This document shows positions 56,607 to 64,000 of a stretch of 64,000 bases of DNA, piece after piece. How positions within the stretch are numbered: the first letter of the stretch is position 1; every line of letters starts with the position of its first letter. Where the stretch lies: contig CAXXKJ010000002.1 in NCBI GenBank assembly GCA_963675295.2, forward strand, positions 2,368,001 to 2,432,000, given 5' to 3'. This stretch comes from a bacterium (GTDB taxonomy: Bacteria; Electryoneota; Electryoneia; Electryoneales; Electryoneaceae). Below the pieces are notes generated by a model, which ran no database searches, was not told the DNA's origin, and was given only the letters and a program-made list of their open reading frames with translations. A program made the translations under genes and the position numbers.

Positions 56607-58127
56607 ATGGATTTTCTGGCAGAACTCGGCATTCAGGATGTAAACAAGGGTGCATGCTACGGTGACGGCGGTTGGATCGGCGGCGAAGGCCGTGACGAGC
56701 TGGTCTCGTACAACCCGGCCAACGGCGAGCCGATCGCCAAGGTGCAGCAGGCGAACGAAGAAGACTACGAAACGGTGATGGCGAAGGCGACAGAAGCCTT
56801 CAAGACGTTCCAGATGGTTCCGGCGCCGGTCCGTGGCGAGATCATCCGTGATCTCGGCAATGCGCTGCGTAGGAAGAAAGAGCCGCTCGGCCGCCTGGTC
56901 AGCCTCGAAATGGGCAAGATCTACCAGGAAGGTCTCGGCGAAGTACAGGAAATGATCGACATCTGCGATTTCGCTGTCGGTCTCTCGCGTCAGCTGTACG
57001 GCTACACGATCAAGTCGGAACGTCCGCGTCACCGGATGATGGAACAGTGGCAGCCGCTCGGCGTGGTCGGCATTGTCACGGCGTTCAACTTCCCGGTTGC
57101 GGTCTGGGCGTGGAACACAGCGCTGGCGACGGTCTGCGGCGATCCGGTTGTCTGGAAGCCGTCCTCGGAAGTGCCGTTGACCGCAGTCGCGGTGCAGAAC
57201 ATCGCGAATGAGGTCGCGAAGAAGCACGGCTATGAAGGCATCTTCAACCTCGTGATCGGCAAGGGCCGAGTGGTCGGCGAACGTCTGATCAAAGACAGCC
57301 GCATCCCGTTGGTCAGCTTCACTGGTTCGACGGCGATGGGCAAGCATGTTGGAGAGGTCGTTGGCCAGCGTCTCGGCAGCACGATCCTCGAGCTCGGCGG
57401 CAACAACGCAGTGATCGTGACGCCGTCCGCGAACCTCAAGATGGCGGTCCGCAGCGTGATGTTTGGCGCGGTTGGGACGGCCGGCCAGCGTTGCACCTCG
57501 ACGCGCCGTGTGATCGTGCACAAGAGTGTGGCGGACAAGTTCATCGCTGATCTGGTCGCGGCGTACAAGCAGGTCAAGATCGGTGATCCGCTGGACGAAT
57601 CGACGTTGATGGGGCCGCTGGTGAACGAGGCCGCGCGTCAGGACATGATCCGTGCGCTGGATACGTTGAAGAGCCAGAACGCGGAGATCGTGTACGGCGG
57701 CAACATGATCGACGGTAAGGGTTTCTTCGTTGAGCCGACCATCGTCAAGGCGAAGCACGACTGGGAAATCGTGCATCACGAAACATTCGCCCCGATTCTC
57801 TACATCCTCGTGTACGAAGATTTCGAGAACGAGGCGCTGGCGTGGCACAACGAAGTCCCGCAGGGCCTGTCCTCCGCAATCTTCACCAACGATGTGGTGG
57901 AAGCGGAAACGTTTGTTTCGCCGATGGGCAGCGATTGCGGCATCGCGAACGTGAACCTCGGTACCTCCGGCGCGGAGATCGGTGGTGCGTTTGGCGGTGA
58001 GAAGGAAACCGGTGGTGGCCGTGAGTCCGGGTCGGATTCGTGGAAGGCGTACATGCGCCGTCAGACGAACACGATCAACTACTCGCATGAGCTTCCGCTC
58101 GCACAGGGCATCAAGTTCGGTGACTAA
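56607..58127 (+). CDS. Aldehyde dehydrogenase family 7 (aminoadipate-semialdehyde / P6C dehydrogenase)
   Basis: PAPVRGE, AFNFPVAVW, LELGGNNA, GTAGQRCT, GAEIGGAFGGEKETGGGRESGSD. Confidence 0.92.
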   Translation: MDFLAELGIQDVNKGACYGDGGWIGGEGRDELVSYNPANGEPIAKVQQANEEDYETVMAKATEAFKTFQMVPAPVRGEIIRDLGNALRRKKEPLGRLVSLEMGKIYQEGLGEVQEMIDICDFAVGLSRQLYGYTIKSERPRHRMMEQWQPLGVVGIVTAFNFPVAVWAWNTALATVCGDPVVWKPSSEVPLTAVAVQNIANEVAKKHGYEGIFNLVIGKGRVVGERLIKDSRIPLVSFTGSTAMGKHVGEVVGQRLGSTILELGGNNAVIVTPSANLKMAVRSVMFGAVGTAGQRCTSTRRVIVHKSVADKFIADLVAAYKQVKIGDPLDESTLMGPLVNEAARQDMIRALDTLKSQNAEIVYGGNMIDGKGFFVEPTIVKAKHDWEIVHHETFAPILYILVYEDFENEALAWHNEVPQGLSSAIFTNDVVEAETFVSPMGSDCGIANVNLGTSGAEIGGAFGGEKETGGGRESGSDSWKAYMRRQTNTINYSHELPLAQGIKFGD

Positions 58128-58232
58128 GTCCCGAACGGGTTGCTACCGCCTTATCTTTGCGACACCTTGAACCACGCGCCGGGAGTTCAGGAATGGACTT
58201 ACCGGCGCTGGTTGTTTACACATGAAAGACCG

Positions 58233-58703
58233 ATGGGTACGACGACTCCAGAGATCAAGAACCGCAAGGCGTTTCACGATTACCATATCGATGATCGCCT
58301 CGAGGCGGGCATCATGCTCAGCGGGACCGAGGTGAAATCGGTTCGGATGGGACGGGTGTCTCTGCGGGACGCGTACGTCGATTTTACCAGCGGCGAGCCG
58401 ATCCTGGTCGGGCTTTCGATTTCGAAGTATGATAATCGCGGGTATTCGGACCATGGTGTCCACCGTCCCCGCAAGCTGTTGATGCATCGCCGGGAGATTA
58501 AACAATGGGCCCGGAAAGTCCTTGAAAAGGGCTACACCGTGGTCCCGTTGCGGTTATATTTCAACGATCGGAATTACGCCAAGTTGGAAATCGGTCTCGC
58601 GCAGGGCAAGCGCCAGTACGACAAGCGCAAGGCGATTGCCGACCGTGAGGCCAAGCGGGATGTTGCGCGGGCAAAGAAGGAGGCGCAATCCTGGAATCGC
58701 TGA
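58233..58703 (+). CDS. smpB: SsrA-binding protein
   Basis: NRKAFHDY, GTEVKSVR, RKLLMHRREI, GKRQYDKR. Confidence 0.97.
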   Translation: MGTTTPEIKNRKAFHDYHIDDRLEAGIMLSGTEVKSVRMGRVSLRDAYVDFTSGEPILVGLSISKYDNRGYSDHGVHRPRKLLMHRREIKQWARKVLEKGYTVVPLRLYFNDRNYAKLEIGLAQGKRQYDKRKAIADREAKRDVARAKKEAQSWNR

Positions 58704-58726
58704 CCAGGGAAAAAGTATCGCCACAA

Positions 58727-59740
58727 GTGGACGTGGGCCGAATCCGGCTGACGGACATTCTTGATCTCATCCGTGACGACAAGAAAGCGTTCCGGAAGCA
58801 GTACAAGTTGATGCTGCGTTCCGGGCTGCCGCTTGTTGACACGGTCGCCGCGCATCTCGTGAAATCTCGCGGCAAGGGGTTGCGTCCCGCGTTGACGTTA
58901 ATGTCGGCGCGAGCGTGCGGGGTGGAAGGACCGTTGCCGGAACGCACGTTGATCGCGGCGATGGTTGTGGAAATGTTGCACACGGCGTCCCTGGTACATG
59001 ACGACGTGGTGGACAAGGCGGACGAGCGGCGTGGCCGTCCGACTCTCAATCTGGTGTACAACAACAAGGTCGCCGTCCTGTTCGGCGATTTTATGCTCGC
59101 ACGTGCGCTGGACGGGATGTTCCAGCAGCGCAGCTTCAAGGTGCTCGACCTGTTCAGCGATTGCGCGGTACGGCTGGCGAAGGGTGAGTTGGTTGAGGCG
59201 ATCCAGGCGCGCAAGCTGACGATGGACAAGACCGATTACTTCCAGATGGTGGCGGACAAGACGGCGAGCCTGATCAGTGCCGCCTGCCAGATGGGTCCGT
59301 TGTCGCTGGAGTATGGCGACGAATACGTCGAACCGTTGGCGAAGTACGGCGAGCTGGTCGGCATCGCGTTCCAGATCCGGGACGATCTGCTTGACCTCGG
59401 CGATGGATCGAAGCGAATCGGCAAGCCGATCGGTCTCGACCTCGGCCAGGCGAAGTTGACGCTGCCGTTGATTCACACGCTGGAACAGCTGAGCGACAGT
59501 CAGCGTAAACAGGTGACAAACCGGCTGCGCAAGGCGAAGAAGCGCGACAAGCGTGGCAAGAGCACCGACCTGCGTGAGATCGTCGAGCTGATTCGTGAGC
59601 AGGGCGGGATTGAATACGCCCGTGATGTCGCTATCGACTACGCGGTCAAGGCGGGCGAAGCGCTGGACTCGTTACCAGATACGGAATACCGCGAAGGGTT
59701 GAAACGCTTCGCGATGTTTGCCGCGGTGCGTGACCGGTAG
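58727..59740 (+). CDS. ispB: Polyprenyl diphosphate synthase
   Basis: GKGLRP, LVHDDVVD..RRG, FQIRDDLLD. Confidence 0.9.
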   Translation: MDVGRIRLTDILDLIRDDKKAFRKQYKLMLRSGLPLVDTVAAHLVKSRGKGLRPALTLMSARACGVEGPLPERTLIAAMVVEMLHTASLVHDDVVDKADERRGRPTLNLVYNNKVAVLFGDFMLARALDGMFQQRSFKVLDLFSDCAVRLAKGELVEAIQARKLTMDKTDYFQMVADKTASLISAACQMGPLSLEYGDEYVEPLAKYGELVGIAFQIRDDLLDLGDGSKRIGKPIGLDLGQAKLTLPLIHTLEQLSDSQRKQVTNRLRKAKKRDKRGKSTDLREIVELIREQGGIEYARDVAIDYAVKAGEALDSLPDTEYREGLKRFAMFAAVRDR

Positions 59741-59791
59741 CCGATGCTGATCGGTTCATCTTTTTTTCCAGCCGGAACGATGATGGTTTCC

Positions 59792-60817
59792 ATGAAGCAA
59801 GTGCCTCGCATTTTCCTGATGCTGCTGCCGGTATTGCTGCTGGTAGTGGGATGCAGCAAGCTCCCGATGGAAGAAACCCGTTCCCTGATGGGGACGCAGG
59901 TAATCATTACCGTCCAGGATTACGACCGCGACCGTTTGAACAGCGATCAGGCGGAAACGGTGATCGATCGTGCGTTTGAGGAAATCAATCGCATCGAAAA
60001 CCTGTGCCGCTGGAGAGAACTGAAGAAGCTCAATTCCTGGGCAGGATTCCAGCCCAGCGCGGCGGGCAGTGAATTGATCGCGTTGATTGACCATGCGTAC
60101 CTGCTGGCCGAAGACACTGGCGGAGCATTCCGTCCGGATTTGGGCCCGTTGACCCGGTTGTGGTCGGTTGGCACGGATAGCGCGCGTATCCCGTTGTATT
60201 GGGAGATCGAGGACGCGCTGGACATCATCCGCCGAACCGAGTTCACCGTGATCGACACGTCAATGGCGCGATTGGATCCGAAAGGCGCGGCATTGGATCT
60301 CGGCGGTGTGGCGAAAGGATATGCGGTCGACCGGGCGTGCGAGGTGTTGAAGCAGAACGGCATCACCGCCGCGATGGTGTGGGCGGGCGGCGACCTGAAG
60401 GTGTTTGGCGACAAGCCGGACGGTGAACCGTGGCGGATCGCGGTGCGTCACCCGCGTAACCCGGAAGAATTCGCTGCCGTGCTGGAGCTGCATGATGACA
60501 TGGCGGTTGCCACATCCGGCGATTATGAGCGCTACTTCGAGATCGACGGCGGCCGGTACCACCATATCCTCGACCCCGAAACCGGCTATCCTGGGATCAA
60601 CTCGATCTCGGCAACCGTGGTGACTGAAAACTGTGTCGATGCCGACGCGTACGCCACAGCGCTGTTCATCATCGGGCCGGAACAGGGGCTGCTTTTTGCC
60701 GAATCGTTCGGCCTCGCCGCGATGATCATGAACGAAGAGGGCGGAGATATCGGCGAGGTGCAGACGGGTTCGTTCAGCCGTCTGCGGTCGGCGAACGAGG
60801 CGGCGGTCGCACCGTGA
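59792..60817 (+). CDS. apbE: FAD:protein FMN transferase lipoprotein
   Basis: Lipobox VVGC; MGT, DLGGVAKGY, ATSGDYERY, HHILDP; ORF open from 59744. Confidence 0.93.
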   Translation: MKQVPRIFLMLLPVLLLVVGCSKLPMEETRSLMGTQVIITVQDYDRDRLNSDQAETVIDRAFEEINRIENLCRWRELKKLNSWAGFQPSAAGSELIALIDHAYLLAEDTGGAFRPDLGPLTRLWSVGTDSARIPLYWEIEDALDIIRRTEFTVIDTSMARLDPKGAALDLGGVAKGYAVDRACEVLKQNGITAAMVWAGGDLKVFGDKPDGEPWRIAVRHPRNPEEFAAVLELHDDMAVATSGDYERYFEIDGGRYHHILDPETGYPGINSISATVVTENCVDADAYATALFIIGPEQGLLFAESFGLAAMIMNEEGGDIGEVQTGSFSRLRSANEAAVAP

Positions 60818-61821
60818 GTGACGGGCCGGAACGCATCGCCGTCATCCGCTTCAGTTCTCTCGGCGACATTGTCACCACCGGACCGGCCGTCCGTGCATTG
60901 AAGGCTCGTTTTCCTGATTCCCACCTGGTTTACGTCACCACAACACCCTACAAGGATCTTGCCGCAGCTCTTCCGGGCGTGGACGAGGTTGCCGCTCTGC
61001 GTCGCCGGGGGGACGGGTTTCGCGAGGATGCGGCGCGGCTGGTTGAGATGGGACCGTGGTCACGGGTGGCGGACCTGCAGGGCTCATCACGCAGCGCGAA
61101 ACTGGTCACGTTGATGAATGCGCAAGAGGTGGTGACCGACAAACCGCCGCGAGTGCGACGCTCGTTGTTGTTGCTGACACGCATCCGTTTTGGCCAGTTC
61201 CCGGCCGTGCCGGATCGCATGATCGGGCGGCTGGCGCCGTGGGGAGTGACGGGGGACGGCGGCTCGTTGCGACTTGATATTCCGGATGAAGTGACGGCTG
61301 AGGTCGAACAGCGCTGGGGCGATCAGGTTCGCGAAGCGATCGTGCTGGTGACCGGCGCGAAACACGAAACGAAGCGTTGGCCGGACACCTACTGGCGGGA
61401 GCTGCTGGATTTGCTGCCGTTGGAGAAACCGGTGGTGGTGCTCGGCGGCAAGGGTGAATTTCCCGCCAGTTTCGCCGGTCTCGCGGGAGAGCGCGTGCTT
61501 GACTTGACCGGCGCGACGGGCATTCTTCAAGCCGCTGCCATTTTGAAGCTGGCGTCGCTGGTGATTTCCGGTGATACCGGCCCGATGCACATGGCGGTTG
61601 CGGCCGGGACGCCGTTGGTTGCGCTGTACGGCCCGACGGTGCGCGAGTTCGGCTTTTACCCGTACAAACACGACCGGTCGGTGGTGCTGGAACGCAGGCT
61701 GATGTGCCGGCCCTGCTCGGCTCACGGTTCGGCGCGTTGCCCGTTGGGGCATCACAAGTGTATGCGGGAGATCACTCCGCGCATGGTATCCGACGCCGCC
61801 GCGGATTTGAACCACTGGTAA
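60814..61821 (+). CDS. GT9 LPS heptosyltransferase
   Basis: RFSSLGDIV, KRWP, GDTGPMHMA, LYGPT, CRPC..C..HKCM. Confidence 0.9.
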   Translation: MSDGPERIAVIRFSSLGDIVTTGPAVRALKARFPDSHLVYVTTTPYKDLAAALPGVDEVAALRRRGDGFREDAARLVEMGPWSRVADLQGSSRSAKLVTLMNAQEVVTDKPPRVRRSLLLLTRIRFGQFPAVPDRMIGRLAPWGVTGDGGSLRLDIPDEVTAEVEQRWGDQVREAIVLVTGAKHETKRWPDTYWRELLDLLPLEKPVVVLGGKGEFPASFAGLAGERVLDLTGATGILQAAAILKLASLVISGDTGPMHMAVAAGTPLVALYGPTVREFGFYPYKHDRSVVLERRLMCRPCSAHGSARCPLGHHKCMREITPRMVSDAAADLNHW

Positions 61822-61842
61822 TTCTTAACCATCTTCGCCTCC

Positions 61843-63123
61843 ATGATCTGGAGAATCCTCTACAATATCCTCGCCGCGCCGGCGCTGAAGCTCGTTTTGC
61901 TGATCGCCGGGCTGTTCAGCGAAAAGGTGCGCCGTGGCATCAAAGGCCGGATGGGCGAGGGCGACCGCCTGCGTGGCGCGCGTGCCCGTTGCCAGGAGGG
62001 TTCGCCGCGTGTGCTGGTGCATTGCGCCTCGGCGGGGGAGTTGGAGAGCGCGATCCCGATTATTCGTGAGATGAAGCGCCAGAGTGACGTCTGCATCATC
62101 CTCAGCTACTATTCCCCCAGCGCAGTCAACCGTGTCGCCGGGGTGGACGAGATCTCAGACCACATTTACCTGCCATTTGACTCACCGCGCCGTGTCCGGC
62201 GTTTGTTGGATATCATCGACCCGTCACTGATTCTCGTGATCAAGCATGACCTGTGGCCGAACCTGGTGTGGCAGGCGAAAAAGCGGAACGTTCCGGTGGT
62301 TCTGGCGAACGCGTACAGCCGCCGTGACTCGATGCTGCTGCGGCAACGGATGCTGATCCCGTTCTCGCGGGAGCTGAACGGGTCGCTCGCCGAAATTCAC
62401 GCGGTTACCGAAAGCGACGCCAGCCGCTGGCGGTTTCTATCGGGACGCAAGGTGGACGTGCTCGCGACCGGCGACACGCGTTTCGACCGGGTCCGTGAAC
62501 GTGCGCTCAACAGCGCCGGGGACCAGGGCGAGCTGAAGCGCCGGTTGTCAGGGATGAAGGTGTTTGTCGCGGGCAGTACGTGGCCGGTGGACGAAAAGAT
62601 GTTCCACGACGCGTGGCAGGAGCTGAGCGTGGAAGGCCGGCTGTTGATGCTGGTTCCGCATGAGATTGGCGAGGAACACCTGAGCCAGATCGAGCAGGAC
62701 TTCGCTGAGTTCGGTGTCGTGCGCCTGTCGCAGCTCAAGCCGGACAACCGTGAGACGGTGCTGCTGGTTGACCAGATGGGCATCCTGGCGGGCCTGTACG
62801 GGCTTGGGGTCGGTGCGTATGTTGGCGGCGGGTTCGGCGTCGGGGTGCACTCGGTGATCGAACCGGCGGTGTTCGGCATTCCGGTCTCGTTTGGCCCGAA
62901 GTACGAGATGAGCCCGGAAGCAAAAGAGCTGAAGCGGCGCAAGGGCGCGGAACTGATTGAGGACGGAGACGCGTTGAAACAGTTCATGGCCGCGTGCCTT
63001 GAAGGCCAACCGTCGCACCTGGACATCGGCAAATGTGCCGGCGAGTTCGTCGAAGAGAAGGCCGGTGTCACCCGCAATCTGGTCACGCACCTCACCCAGC
63101 GTTACCTCACCATCTCCGGCTGA
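61843..63123 (+). CDS. waaA: Kdo transferase
   Basis: HCASAGELE, YLPFD, GDTRFDRV, AGSTW, VPHE, VGGGF..HSVIEPA. Confidence 0.92.
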   Translation: MIWRILYNILAAPALKLVLLIAGLFSEKVRRGIKGRMGEGDRLRGARARCQEGSPRVLVHCASAGELESAIPIIREMKRQSDVCIILSYYSPSAVNRVAGVDEISDHIYLPFDSPRRVRRLLDIIDPSLILVIKHDLWPNLVWQAKKRNVPVVLANAYSRRDSMLLRQRMLIPFSRELNGSLAEIHAVTESDASRWRFLSGRKVDVLATGDTRFDRVRERALNSAGDQGELKRRLSGMKVFVAGSTWPVDEKMFHDAWQELSVEGRLLMLVPHEIGEEHLSQIEQDFAEFGVVRLSQLKPDNRETVLLVDQMGILAGLYGLGVGAYVGGGFGVGVHSVIEPAVFGIPVSFGPKYEMSPEAKELKRRKGAELIEDGDALKQFMAACLEGQPSHLDIGKCAGEFVEEKAGVTRNLVTHLTQRYLTISG

Positions 63124-63151
63124 CCGGACCCAACCCCGGGACAACCCAGCC

Positions 63152-64000
63152 ATGAACCCATCCGCAGAACCGGCCCCGTTGCTTGCCCTGGACGACGTTT
63201 CGTACAGCGTGAAAGGCGAGCCGATTCTGGAGCGGTTACGTTTCTCCGTGCGGAAAGGCGAACTGGTTGTGATCGCGGGCCGCAGCGGCTCGGGTAAGAC
63301 GACGCTGCTGAAGCTCGCCGCCGGACTGATCCATCCCGATCGCGGACGTGTGCAGGCACCCGTTCCGGGCGACGATAACGGCAACGGCAATGGGAACGGA
63401 AAACGCAGCCTGCCACGGATCGCGTTTGTCCGTCAGCAACCGGAAAACCAGCTTGTCGCGGGCACGGTGGAGGAGGAAGTGGCGTTCGCGCTGGGGTTGA
63501 CCGAGATGCCGCGCGCTACGGTCGAGAATAAGGTGGAAGCCGCCCTGCGTGCGACCGGTCTGCTTGACATCCGCAAGCAGCCGCCGCACACCCTCTCCGG
63601 CGGAATGATGCAACGTCTCGCGATTGCCGCTGCCCTCGCGATGAAACCCAGCCTGTGGTTGTTCGACGAGCCGACCTCGTACCTCGATCCACCGTCGCGG
63701 AAGCAGGTTCATGATCTCGCCCGGCGCGAGGCGAAGCAGAGCGCGGTGGTGTATGTCGCGTCCGACCCGCGTGAATGGCGGTTGGGCAACCGGCTGATCG
63801 TGGTAAGCCAGGGGCGGATTGTCGCCGACGGCAAGCCGGACGAGGTGCTCGCCTGTGATGAGGTGCGGGAAACCGGGCTGATTGAACCAGACACGCCGGC
63901 GGTGTGGGAGCGATTGTTCAACGGGGGATCGCCCACGCAGACGAAGAAATCCGGGAAACGGGACAACCTCCCAGAGTCGCAGATGTCTCTGTCGCTCGCC
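63152..64000 (+). CDS. ECF-type ABC ATPase (EcfA-like), 3' truncated
   Basis: Translated by hand (absent from the ORF track): GRSGSGKT, QQPENQL..TVEEEVAF, LSGGMMQR, LFDEPTSYLD. Confidence 0.88.
   Translation, partial: MNPSAEPAPLLALDDVSYSVKGEPILERLRFSVRKGELVVIAGRSGSGKTTLLKLAAGLIHPDRGRVQAPVPGDDNGNGNGNGKRSLPRIAFVRQQPENQLVAGTVEEEVAFALGLTEMPRATVENKVEAALRATGLLDIRKQPPHTLSGGMMQRLAIAAALAMKPSLWLFDEPTSYLDPPSRKQVHDLARREAKQSAVVYVASDPREWRLGNRLIVVSQGRIVADGKPDEVLACDEVRETGLIEPDTPAVWERLFNGGSPTQTKKSGKRDNLPESQMSLSLA

Noticed and set aside
58128-58727. tmRNA next to smpB
   Set aside because: No room and no tRNA-like ends in the flanking spacers

Overview
GC-rich (roughly 60%) bacterial chromosomal window of about 50 mostly housekeeping and envelope genes from a diderm organism. 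PorV-like barrels and 'YPNPFNP' T9SS-type sorting domains suggest an FCB-superphylum lineage, probably outside the classical Bacteroidota (inference). Contents: TonB receptor/PorV/lipoprotein locus; DUF1015-serC-serA operon; two secreted CTD-bearing proteases flanking a 4-tRNA cluster; msrC-mutM-pgeF-comM operon ending in an apparently inactivated acyl-CoA ligase; pepT, mgtE, rsmA, rho, ftsK-lolA, pgsA; a complete pyruvoyl-based polyamine operon; tRNA-Glu(CTC); MltB and MltF; smpB, ispB, apbE and LPS genes. I saw no transposase, integrase, CRISPR array or rRNA. The most unusual signals are: (1) at least 11 intergenic, modular, polarised arrays of 7-nt (locally 9/10-nt) tandem repeats, often enclosing REP-like palindromes; (2) a Zn-ribbon/lectin-like/HEPN (RxxxxH) gene; (3) an adenylate-forming pseudo-enzyme with a ~115-aa acidic insert; (4) DUF1015, carrying a ParB/SerK-type DGHHR motif, occupying the place of serB. 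All family calls are from motif recognition only; no searches were run.
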